From Caldisericales bacterium (GTDB lineage Bacteria > Caldisericota > Caldisericia > JAAYUI01): a stretch of 64,000 nucleotides of DNA. This document shows, one piece after another, positions 36,436 to 44,662 of the stretch. A program made the translations under genes and the position numbers. The stretch's first letter is position 1. Every line of letters begins with the position of its first letter. The DNA lies in NCBI GenBank assembly GCA_012517765.1, contig JAAYUI010000012.1, positions 17,180 to 81,179 on the forward strand. Direction: 5' to 3'. Under the pieces are notes generated by a model. It was not told the origin of the DNA and ran no database searches. It worked only from the letters and a program-made list of their open reading frames with translations.

Positions 36436-36878
36436 ACGTCTGGCTCCTTTCGCCTGGAATTTATGCCAATATTCAATCACGATCCGATCTAAAATGCAAT
36501 GGTCCAATTTGGCCATTTTTACATCTATTTTTCGCAATAAATGTCAGTAACCATTTATCAGATATGGCTTCTTCCTTCTCGTTACAAAAACTCAACATCA
36601 AATTATTTCGATTTTTTTCGGTATATTTTCGACTGGTTGTTGATAAAACACTAACAAATCAAAACATATTCAAATATTCAACAATAATTTTATATTTGGA
36701 ACTTTTAGAGCCTGTTAATCTTGAGGCAAGAAACTAAATTATATCCCAGGAAAGGTGCCAAAAAAAATGGATGCACAAAGAGAAGGTCTTCAAAAACAGA
36801 TTGAAAATGCAGGTTTTACAATTATAGTTTATTCCCATTTAACCAGAATTGTAAACACAAACATTAATATAGCTTTAT

Positions 36879-38072
36879 ATGAACGGTAAAAGCGCTGTCC
36901 TTATGGTCATTGATGGTTTGGGGGTTGGATGTCTACCCGATGCCGCCAAATATGAGGATACAGGCACATCAACACTCTCGCATGTAACTGAAAATGGCAA
37001 GTTAAGTTTGCCATACCTCACAAAATTTGGAATTTACAAGTTTTGTGGCAGAGACGGGCCAAGTCAGGCATCAACAGGGCGCATGATCTCAAAGTCAGTT
37101 GGGAAATCAACTGTGGAGGGTCATTGGGAAATGATGGGCCAGCCTAAAACTGATCCTTTTACTTTTTTCCCAGATGGATTCTCGCAAGACATGATGGACA
37201 CCATATCCAGGCTTATAGGAAGAGGATTGCTTGGGGGACAACCGGCTTCAGGGACAAAAATTATCGAACAGCTTGGGGAGCGCCATCAGAAAACCGGGAT
37301 GCCCATAATCTACACTTCTGCCGACTCTGTCCTCCAGATTGCAGCCCACGAAAACATCATACCTGTAAATGAGCTATATGAAATTTGCAAAACAATTAGA
37401 AACAATTTCAACCAGCCAGACAGCTTCGCAAGAGTTATAGCCAGACCGTTTGCCGGTGAACCAGGAAATTATTACAGGACTTCCCGAAGAAGAGATTTTA
37501 CACTCAAAATCCCTGAGCCAAACGTTCTTTCAGAACTCAAAAAACACAATATCAATATATCTGGAGTGGGTCGCATAGCAGACCTCTTCCCTGAGTACCT
37601 TGACACTTTCGATAATCCACCAGGCAACATCGAATGTCTGGAGCGAACAAAGATGTACAGACAGATGTACCATGGATTTGTTTTTGCCAATCTTGAAGAT
37701 CTGGACATGCTGTATGGTCACAGGCGCGACAAAGACGGGTATGCGAAATCACTCACGGAGCTTGATGAGGTGTGGCCAAAGTTCCTTATGTCGCTTGCCA
37801 ATGATGACCTGTTGATAGTGGCATCAGACCATGGATGCGACCCAACACACAAAAATCACACCGACCACACAAGGGAATACACCATTTTGATGTGTTACAT
37901 GAAAGGTTATGAGGGTGTTGATCTTGACACAAGACAATCGCTTTGCGATGTCGGAGCAACAATCCTGGATTTCTTTGGAATAACTCCACTGTGCGGGGAA
38001 TCAGTTCTGAGGGAAGTAACCAGCTGCAAAAAGAAAACAAAGACATCGACAAATTTCTATATTAGTTCCTAA
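36879..38072 (+). CDS. deoB: Phosphopentomutase
   Basis: 397 aa. VLMVIDGLGVG is the metal-binding N-terminus of the alkaline-phosphatase superfamily. Also IIYTSADSVLQIAAHE and VASDHGCDPT..HTREY. Confidence 0.93.
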   Translation: MNGKSAVLMVIDGLGVGCLPDAAKYEDTGTSTLSHVTENGKLSLPYLTKFGIYKFCGRDGPSQASTGRMISKSVGKSTVEGHWEMMGQPKTDPFTFFPDGFSQDMMDTISRLIGRGLLGGQPASGTKIIEQLGERHQKTGMPIIYTSADSVLQIAAHENIIPVNELYEICKTIRNNFNQPDSFARVIARPFAGEPGNYYRTSRRRDFTLKIPEPNVLSELKKHNINISGVGRIADLFPEYLDTFDNPPGNIECLERTKMYRQMYHGFVFANLEDLDMLYGHRRDKDGYAKSLTELDEVWPKFLMSLANDDLLIVASDHGCDPTHKNHTDHTREYTILMCYMKGYEGVDLDTRQSLCDVGATILDFFGITPLCGESVLREVTSCKKKTKTSTNFYISS

Positions 38073-38773
38073 CCTTTTTTGTATATCCAGTTGACCCTTG
38101 GTTTCTCTTCCCATGGGTATTTAATGAAAAGCTGGAGTGGAAGCATTGGTGCCGGAAGATCATCCTGGGTGACATCCTTCAGATATTCCTGCGAGACGGC
38201 CACAAATTTTATCGGGAGCGACATTTCCTCCGAGGCTTGTTTTACTGTTTCCAGACCTTCAAGAAAATCCTTTCTGGTGCTTTTTTCTTTTAGGTGCGGA
38301 TTGGCAACAATGTGCGTAAACCTTGTGCGTGCTCCAAAAGCGACTTCACCTGCAATTTTTTTTATCTGGTCAACTGTTTTTGAAAATGGCCTGAAGGGAT
38401 TTATAACCAGTATGAATTCATATCCTCCAGGCTCAATCCTTGGCATCACCTGGGCAAGTGCCGTTGAACCCTGTTTGTCTCCACCAACATCCACAACAAG
38501 CTTTCTTGATTTGTCTGCAACCCATGCATATGTGTGGGTCGGGATCACAGGCATGTCGGCAAACGCTAATGCCCCTTCCGGCATTAGAACCTCGAGTCCT
38601 GCTTTTTTCAAAATTTCGGCTTTGTCTCTTATCCTTATGTAAGGTTTTACGACATCAAAATCCAGAAGTGCAACTTTCTCGTTGTTCTGGTGGAGCTGCA
38701 GGGCATAATTTATTGCAACCTCTGTCTTGCCGGTGCCAGTGGTACCAGCAAAAATGAACACTCTTGCTTCCAT
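38069..38773 (-). CDS. SIMIBI-like P-loop NTPase of unknown function
   Basis: 234 aa from ATG 38773 (MEARVFIFAGTTGTGKTEVAINYAL = Walker A). LVVDVGGDKQG is Walker-B/switch-like. The start lies 1 nt after the upstream TGA, preceded by AAGGAAG. The track start at 38827 is an in-frame upstream extension. Confidence 0.75.
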   Translation of the reverse strand: MEARVFIFAGTTGTGKTEVAINYALQLHQNNEKVALLDFDVVKPYIRIRDKAEILKKAGLEVLMPEGALAFADMPVIPTHTYAWVADKSRKLVVDVGGDKQGSTALAQVMPRIEPGGYEFILVINPFRPFSKTVDQIKKIAGEVAFGARTRFTHIVANPHLKEKSTRKDFLEGLETVKQASEEMSLPIKFVAVSQEYLKDVTQDDLPAPMLPLQLFIKYPWEEKPRVNWIYKKG

Positions 38774-38774
38774 T

Positions 38775-39767
38775 TCAATCTTCCTTGTAAGAGATGGCCA
38801 TCTCCACAAGGGCAGATGGTTGATCAATCTTTACTACAACTGGATTTTTTATGTATTCGGTATAGTCCTTCAATTCTGCTACAAATTCGCCATCAGAAGA
38901 CAGTGGTCCGATAAACACCATTCCATCAATATTACCTTTGAGGGTAGCGGCCATTTTTCCGATTGATTTTGCCACCCCATAAATAAAAGCTTTATAAACC
39001 ATCTCTGCTTTTTTATCGCCAGATCTTGCCATTTTCCTTGCTTCGCCAAGATCCGTCGTTCCAAGATGTGCAAGAATCCCAGATTTCTCTCTTATCTTCT
39101 CAAGCATTTGCTCTTTTGAGTATTTGCCGGAAAGAGCCATTTTGTAAACACACCTTTGATGGAAAAATCCTGATCTTGTGGGTGTCATTGCGCCTTCACC
39201 ATCATAGGAGTCCTCAATGTCCAGCAACCCGCCTCTTTCATGAGCACAAGTAGATATCTCACCGGTACTCATATAGACTGACAGTATGTTTGATTGCTCA
39301 TACTCTCTTCCAAGCATCCTGCACAATTCCCTTGCGCCAAGAAGATGCTCAAATGTTCTTGCAACAATGCGCCTCTGTATCTGTGGCGTTCCAGAAAATA
39401 CTGCAACTGGAGGGAGCTTTCCATAAGTCAACGGGTAGGCAAGTAAGGCTTTTTTGGGTGCCAGAGACAAAAGTATTTGAGGACAAATATTTGTTTTTTC
39501 ATGGCCAAATTCACCACAAACAATTTTTGAGGAAAGATCATTGTCCAGAAGAGTAATTTTTTCACACGTCTGAGGAGCCATTGAATAGCATGTAATTCCT
39601 ACGTCAGCTGACATTCCACCCATTTGCATGGCAATCTTTTCCGCAATCGAGCCAGATTCGCATGGACACTCCGGGTAAGCAAAACTGACACTGGAAAGTA
39701 TGTTTCTGTCATTAAAAACAGATGCCTCAATGGTTTTCTCCGAAGGGAACAGGGTCAGTATCTTCAT
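38775..39767 (-). CDS. Butyrate-kinase-like ASKHA-fold protein with degenerate phosphate-binding motifs (probable pseudo-kinase)
   Basis: 330 aa and collinear with the bona fide Buk at 44663-45724. GKYSKEQMLEKIREKSGILAHLGTTDL aligns with GKYTENDIKVMTTKKGGLYAYLGTNDV, and IGKMAATLKGNIDGMVFIGPLS aligns with IGGMATSLKGKIDAIILTGSIA. INPGSTSTK is replaced by LFPSEKTIE, and HMGGGISV by YMSTGEIS. Confidence 0.8.
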   Translation of the reverse strand: MKILTLFPSEKTIEASVFNDRNILSSVSFAYPECPCESGSIAEKIAMQMGGMSADVGITCYSMAPQTCEKITLLDNDLSSKIVCGEFGHEKTNICPQILLSLAPKKALLAYPLTYGKLPPVAVFSGTPQIQRRIVARTFEHLLGARELCRMLGREYEQSNILSVYMSTGEISTCAHERGGLLDIEDSYDGEGAMTPTRSGFFHQRCVYKMALSGKYSKEQMLEKIREKSGILAHLGTTDLGEARKMARSGDKKAEMVYKAFIYGVAKSIGKMAATLKGNIDGMVFIGPLSSDGEFVAELKDYTEYIKNPVVVKIDQPSALVEMAISYKED

Positions 39768-40381
39768 TTGCCACCTTCCATGTGTTTGTTTTTAGCAAAA
39801 TATTCCTTGTCGGTGATTTTGAGGGTCAAGGCAATTTTTCTGAATTCTTCCTTTACACCCTCGTCACCCATTGGCGCCCATGCCCTTATCTCGATATAGC
39901 CTTTGTCAACCGGCAAATCCACAATAAGATTGAAAACCTTGGTCCCGGACGTTGTTGATATTTCATATTCATACCATCTTGCAGCAAGACCTCCCAAAAC
40001 AACATTGTCCCTTTTGAGGAGTTTTACATTGTTTGATATTGGCAATTCCATCAATTTCCTGAAATCACCAAGAGATACATTGCCATCGTTGTATGATGCG
40101 CAGACAAGGCCATACTCATAATTCTCCTCATCGCTCCACTGGGATATTTTTATTGGTGCTTTTTGAAATATTGCGTAACTGTAAGCCCCGGTCTCTTTTC
40201 TTAGTTCCCCGAAATATTCGAATGATTCCCATGAATTCCCTGTCTGAAGGCTGTAAAACGGGCCATTGTGGGTTGAAGATGAAAAAAGAAAAAATCTGCA
40301 AGAATAGAAAATTCCAATCAAAAGTGCTATTGCCAGAAAGGCAACAATAAAACTAGTGTTCTTCCTGGAAATAATTTTCAT
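39764..40381 (-). CDS. Membrane-anchored envelope protein, paralog of the two upstream lipoproteins
   Basis: 205 aa. N-terminal anchor FIVAFLAIALLIGIFYSC. It shares NGPFY, KISQW and LKITDKEYF with its neighbours. ATGA overlap with the downstream gene. Confidence 0.65.
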   Translation of the reverse strand: MKIISRKNTSFIVAFLAIALLIGIFYSCRFFLFSSSTHNGPFYSLQTGNSWESFEYFGELRKETGAYSYAIFQKAPIKISQWSDEENYEYGLVCASYNDGNVSLGDFRKLMELPISNNVKLLKRDNVVLGGLAARWYEYEISTTSGTKVFNLIVDLPVDKGYIEIRAWAPMGDEGVKEEFRKIALTLKITDKEYFAKNKHMEGGK

Positions 40382-40805
40382 TTGTTATCTTTATCGATCT
40401 TGCGGCCTCAAGTATTGGTTCCCTGGAAGTTATTATGGTCCCGAAACCCATTATGAAACCACCGTCTATCTGAAGTTTGAAATATACCTTTTCCCTTTGC
40501 CCATTTTTGGCGTTTGTAAATTCCATTGCTCTGCCATTAATTGTTTCCTGCCATGTTGAAATGATTTCATCACCTTCCATTTCACTGGCTTCCATGGACT
40601 CTCTCCATGCCATCCCATCTGGCCACCACTTTATCTGGACCCTGCATTCCGGACCCTGGAAAGCCACCCTTTGGGGGGAATTTTCTATTGGAAAACGCTC
40701 CGGGACAACCACCGTAAAAAACGGCCCTTTTACCAGAATGCTGCTCGAGCAGGCACAAAGGGCAGTCACCAGTAAAACCACCATGGCAAATTTGGCTATT
40801 TTCAT
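40353..40805 (-). CDS. Small lipoprotein (paralog family, PsbP/DcrB-like pattern)
   Basis: 150 aa from ATG 40805: MKIAKFAMVVLLVTALCACSSS (lipobox-like LCAC), then VKGPFFTVVVPERF, QIKWW, IKITNENYF. Confidence 0.7.
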   Translation of the reverse strand: MKIAKFAMVVLLVTALCACSSSILVKGPFFTVVVPERFPIENSPQRVAFQGPECRVQIKWWPDGMAWRESMEASEMEGDEIISTWQETINGRAMEFTNAKNGQREKVYFKLQIDGGFIMGFGTIITSREPILEAARSIKITNENYFQEEH

Positions 40806-40836
40806 GTCTTTAATGTGCCACCTTGAGCAGCAAGTT

Positions 40837-41373
40837 TCAAGGAGCAAAAGAGGCATCGGTAAATTCAATCTCTTTAATCGCCTTTTTTACTTCTTCCATG
40901 TCCACAGAGGAACCTGGTTGCACAGAAGCTATTATTTCAAAACACCATCCATCAAATGGAAATACTGTCCTGAATATGGACCTTATGACTTGTGCCCCGC
41001 CCTTGTCTTTCTGGTTGATCTGTTCTGAAAAAGCCGTCATTTTGCCAATCTTTGTTTCATCTCCCGAGATATTCTCTGCATAAGGCGGCAGTGTCCCTGT
41101 TCCAAGTCCCTTTGTAATCCCCTTTTTGAAAGCCCCCTTAAACCACTTGAGAGAACAAAATGCAACTTTACCAGTCATGTCATTGATGCTTTCAATTTTC
41201 TCACTGTCAGGCATCAAAACAATCTGGTAAGAAAAACCGTCTGGCACGTCAACCTGATACATGCCTTTTGGGATCTTCATTTCAAAAAATGGCCCTTTTA
41301 CAGTATTGCTGCCACAACCGGCCAGAAAAGAAAAAACCAGCCCTAAAACTGCAATTGTCGAAATTCTCTTCAT
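40837..41373 (-). CDS. Small lipoprotein (paralog family, PsbP/DcrB-like pattern)
   Basis: 178 aa from ATG 41373: MKRISTIAVLGLVFSFLAGCGS (lipobox LAGC), then VKGPFFEMKIPKGM, SLKWF, IEFTDASF. SD AGAGGTG upstream. Confidence 0.7.
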   Translation of the reverse strand: MKRISTIAVLGLVFSFLAGCGSNTVKGPFFEMKIPKGMYQVDVPDGFSYQIVLMPDSEKIESINDMTGKVAFCSLKWFKGAFKKGITKGLGTGTLPPYAENISGDETKIGKMTAFSEQINQKDKGGAQVIRSIFRTVFPFDGWCFEIIASVQPGSSVDMEEVKKAIKEIEFTDASFAP

Positions 41374-41389
41374 AAAACGCACCTCTTTT

Positions 41390-41417
41390 AAAAAAGGGGC
41401 GACCTTCTGGCCGCCCC
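41390..41417 (-). terminator. Rho-independent terminator after gdhA
   Basis: On the minus strand: GGGGCG-gccagaaggt-CGCCCC-TTTTTT. The T-run ends only about 16 nt before the next ATG (41373). Confidence 0.6.
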
Positions 41418-41441
41418 GGTTTCTGCTTTCTGCCAATCTGA

Positions 41442-42788
41442 TCAAACTATACCCTGCGCAATCATTGCATCGGCAACTTTTCTGAAACCGGCAATATTTG
41501 CACCAAGGACATAATTGTGTCTCTGTCCAAATTCTTCGGCTGCATTGTAGGCTGAGTCATGTATCTCTTTCATTATTCTCTGCAGGTGTTTGTCAACCTC
41601 TTCCCTAGTCCATGCCATATGCAGGGCATTCTGTGTCATCTCGAGGCCTGAAACAGCAACTCCACCAGCATTGGCGGCCTTTCCAAGACCATAAAGAACA
41701 CCGTTGCCAAGGAACACCTTGACCGCTCCCGGAGTGGAAGGCATGTTTGCACCCTCAGAAATGGCTACACAGCCACCTTTGACGAGTGCTTCCGCAGATA
41801 CTTCATCAAGCTCGTTTTGTGTTGCGCAAGGCATGGCAACATGATAATTATGGGCCTTCCAGATTCCCTGGGCACCATCAAAATATTTTGCATTATATTT
41901 TTCCGCGTATTCCTTGATTCTGCCCCTCTTGATGTTCTTGAGCCACATGATGAAATGTAGCTTTTCCTTGTCGATTCCAGCTTCGTCGATGATGTAGCCG
42001 TCAGAATCGGAGCAGGTTATGACCTTGCCACCAAACTCTGTTACTTTTTCAATGGCATATTGTGAAACATTTCCAGAACCTGAAATGGCTACCAGTTTGC
42101 CCTTCAGATCAAGTCCCTTTGTGGCAAGCATGTTCATCAGGAAGTATGTTGCACCATAACCTGTGGCCTCAGGACGGATGAGTGAACCACCGAAAGTAAT
42201 TCCCTTTCCAGTAAATACACCCGAGAATTCGTTCATGAGCTTCTTGTACTGACCAAACAGATAGCCTATTTCCCTGCCTCCGACACCTATGTCTCCGGCA
42301 GGAACATCGGTGTTTGGGCCAAGATGGCGGAAAAGCTCGTTCATGAAGCTCTGGCAGAACCTCATTACTTCATTGTCAGACTTGTTCTTGGGATCAAAAT
42401 CCGCCCCGCCTTTTCCTCCACCCATTGGAAGGGTCGTGAGGGCATTTTTGAGAATCTGCTCAAAACCGAGGAATTTCAGGATTGATATATTGACGCTTGG
42501 ATGGAACCTCAAACCACCTTTATACGGTCCAATCGCACTGTTGAATTCTACCCTGAACCCCCTGTTTACAATGATGTCCCCTGCATCACTGACCCATGGT
42601 ACGCGAAACATGACTACCCTTTCGGGTTCAATGATGCGCTCAACGACACGCAGTTTCCTGTAGACCGGATTGCGCTCTATGAGCGGCTCCAGGCTTTCCA
42701 CAACTTCGTGGACTGCCTGATGGAACTCCGGCGAAGCCGGATCCCTCTGTTTGACAATAGACATAATCTCGTCAACAAAATTTGACAC
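41442..42788 (-). CDS. gdhA: NADP-type glutamate dehydrogenase
   Basis: 448 aa. GTG start with AGGAGA SD. Catalytic Lys loop LPMGGGKGGADFDP. Nucleotide-binding VAISGSGNVSQYA. Confidence 0.95.
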   Translation of the reverse strand: MSNFVDEIMSIVKQRDPASPEFHQAVHEVVESLEPLIERNPVYRKLRVVERIIEPERVVMFRVPWVSDAGDIIVNRGFRVEFNSAIGPYKGGLRFHPSVNISILKFLGFEQILKNALTTLPMGGGKGGADFDPKNKSDNEVMRFCQSFMNELFRHLGPNTDVPAGDIGVGGREIGYLFGQYKKLMNEFSGVFTGKGITFGGSLIRPEATGYGATYFLMNMLATKGLDLKGKLVAISGSGNVSQYAIEKVTEFGGKVITCSDSDGYIIDEAGIDKEKLHFIMWLKNIKRGRIKEYAEKYNAKYFDGAQGIWKAHNYHVAMPCATQNELDEVSAEALVKGGCVAISEGANMPSTPGAVKVFLGNGVLYGLGKAANAGGVAVSGLEMTQNALHMAWTREEVDKHLQRIMKEIHDSAYNAAEEFGQRHNYVLGANIAGFRKVADAMIAQGIV

Positions 42789-42859
42789 CCTACACTCTCC
42801 TTTTCTTTACGCGCAGGCATCTTTTGCGCCGCCTGCAAAGCGCGAGTCAATTAGAAGTC

Positions 42860-43768
42860 CTAGATTCCAGCAATCAGGACGGATGCTGCGATAGCATTCA
42901 ATTTCGACTCTGCCGTATCAGACCTTGAAGGTACAATTACCGGGACCTTGGCGCCAAGGACGATTCCGGCCGTCTCGGCGTTGCAGTTGCCCAGGTAAAC
43001 CAGTGCCTTATAGAATATATTGCCTGATTCAATATTTGGCATAAGCAGTACATCGGCGTCTCCGGCGACTTCCGATACGATACCCTTGTGCTCTGCGGCG
43101 TGTTTGTTGACGGCATTATCCATCGCAAGAGGTCCATCAATAATCACGTCTTTCCCAAACTGCTTTCTGTCTCCCATCTTCGCAAGTATTGCTGCATCCA
43201 TTGTTGAAACAACCTTGTCCGAGACAGTTTCAATGGAAGAGCATACGGCAACTTTTATCGGGCTGATGCCAAGCGCTCTGGCAACAATGATTGCATTTTT
43301 AAGGATTTCCATCTTTTCATCAAGTGTTGGCGCTGGGACCATTCCGCCATCAGTCATGATCATGAGTTTCCCGTATGTGCTGGTCCCAATAAGGCCTACG
43401 TGAGAAAGCAGCTTGCTTTTTGCAAGACCTTTCTCCTTGTCCAGAACAGCCTTGAGGAGTATCGGCGTGCCAACAAGACCTTTCATGATTATCTCGGCCT
43501 TCCCGTTCCTTACCTCCTCAACGGCAATTTTTGGGGAAATTGTCGGGTCCGACTGATGAATTATTGGCCATGGGACTTCCATGCCAAGCTGTGATGCAAT
43601 CCTCCTGATTTCAGGTTCATTGCCAACAAGGATCGGGTGGATAAGTTTTTGTTCAACTGCCATTTTGACTGCCTCAAGAACAACGTCGTCCTCTGCCGCA
43701 GCAACAATAAGTTTCTTTGGCCCCTTGTTTTTGGCAACTTCAATAAGCTGTGTAAAATTCTCAATCAT
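42860..43768 (-). CDS. ptb: Phosphate butyryltransferase (phosphate acyltransferase family)
   Basis: 302 aa. PTA_PTB-family layout: LIVAAAEDDVVLEAVKMA, MIMTDGGM, VPVIVPSRSD. Same operon as buk. Confidence 0.88.
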   Translation of the reverse strand: MIENFTQLIEVAKNKGPKKLIVAAAEDDVVLEAVKMAVEQKLIHPILVGNEPEIRRIASQLGMEVPWPIIHQSDPTISPKIAVEEVRNGKAEIIMKGLVGTPILLKAVLDKEKGLAKSKLLSHVGLIGTSTYGKLMIMTDGGMVPAPTLDEKMEILKNAIIVARALGISPIKVAVCSSIETVSDKVVSTMDAAILAKMGDRKQFGKDVIIDGPLAMDNAVNKHAAEHKGIVSEVAGDADVLLMPNIESGNIFYKALVYLGNCNAETAGIVLGAKVPVIVPSRSDTAESKLNAIAASVLIAGI

Positions 43769-43785
43769 TATATGTTTCTCCTTGA

Positions 43786-44658
43786 TTATTGGAAAATTGA
43801 ACCCTGGACAATTTTTTGTGCAGGCATTGATATAAGGTCTCTACTTGTAGATTCTTTGTGCTTTGAAAGGTATCCCTTTACGATCTGGTATCCAACAGCA
43901 AAACCGGCACAGAAAGGAAGGTCTGATCCATAACCGCCATACAGGAATGGCCTGTGCCTATCCATCCCGACAAGCTTGAGGTTTTCTCTGTATTTCGGCC
44001 AAAGGACCTTTACCTGGTCAACAGAGAGACTGGATGCAATTTCTGAAACGAATTGCTGTCCGCACTGTTCTTCCACAAACACCTCCGCAAGGCCCTCGTT
44101 GACAATAGCAGAGGCGAGGTCAAAATGGGGACCACCGATCGGGAAGAGTGTGGCCCTCATCTGGTGATGATACTCCCTCACTGCAGATGCTTTCAGGTGA
44201 ACAAGCGAGTAGGTTGTTGGCCAGACTGAAAGGATTATGTATGGTGGCACACTGCCAAAACCTGTATATCCTTTGAAACGCTCGACAACATCAGGTTTTG
44301 TCCTGTCTGCAATTAGGAGTGCCCAAATCGCGGCTGGCCCACCAAAATACTTGCGTGAAGTTTTAAGTGCATCTTCGACCTTTTCCCAGGCCTGGAAGGC
44401 AACAAGGGCATCATAGGCCGCCCTCACCTCCCTGAGGTCATCATCCGGATCAAAAAGCATCCCCAGCCTCAAAAGCTGGTAGCCGGAAAAACCAGACATT
44501 CCCTGGCTCATGAGGTCCCACAATGCCTGGAGCGGGTCTGCAAGCATCTTTCGCTGAAGTTTGACCCTTTCCCTGCCTTCGACCTTTGGACCTTCTTCCA
44601 GGAATTTTAGCAGTAGGTCCTTGGTCGGCACCTGTACAAAATCCTGGAGTGTCGCCAT
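43786..44658 (-). CDS. DUF2268/YjaZ-like putative zinc-dependent protease (variant metal motif)
   Basis: About 290 aa from ATG 44658 (MATLQDF). IVNEGLAEVFVEEQCG and FCAGFAVGYQIVKGYLSKHKESTSRDLISMPAQKIV resemble my recollection of the B. subtilis YjaZ family. The position of HExxH reads REYHH. Confidence 0.6.
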   Translation of the reverse strand: MATLQDFVQVPTKDLLLKFLEEGPKVEGRERVKLQRKMLADPLQALWDLMSQGMSGFSGYQLLRLGMLFDPDDDLREVRAAYDALVAFQAWEKVEDALKTSRKYFGGPAAIWALLIADRTKPDVVERFKGYTGFGSVPPYIILSVWPTTYSLVHLKASAVREYHHQMRATLFPIGGPHFDLASAIVNEGLAEVFVEEQCGQQFVSEIASSLSVDQVKVLWPKYRENLKLVGMDRHRPFLYGGYGSDLPFCAGFAVGYQIVKGYLSKHKESTSRDLISMPAQKIVQGSIFQ

Positions 44659-44662
44659 TTTT

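Noticed and set aside
36086-36550. A 154-aa plus-strand ORF spanning the TGA-interrupted gene region.
   Set aside because: It is antisense to the signal-peptide/Ig-like gene. Its Gly/Pro/Ala-rich middle mirrors the linker on the other strand, and it has no start context.
42800-42850. GC-rich imperfect palindromes (GCAGGC...GCCTGC, CTTTGC...GCAAAAG) between ptb and gdhA.
   Set aside because: The stems are short and mismatched, and no U-tract follows on the coding strand. This may be a weak structure, but I cannot support it as a terminator or operator.
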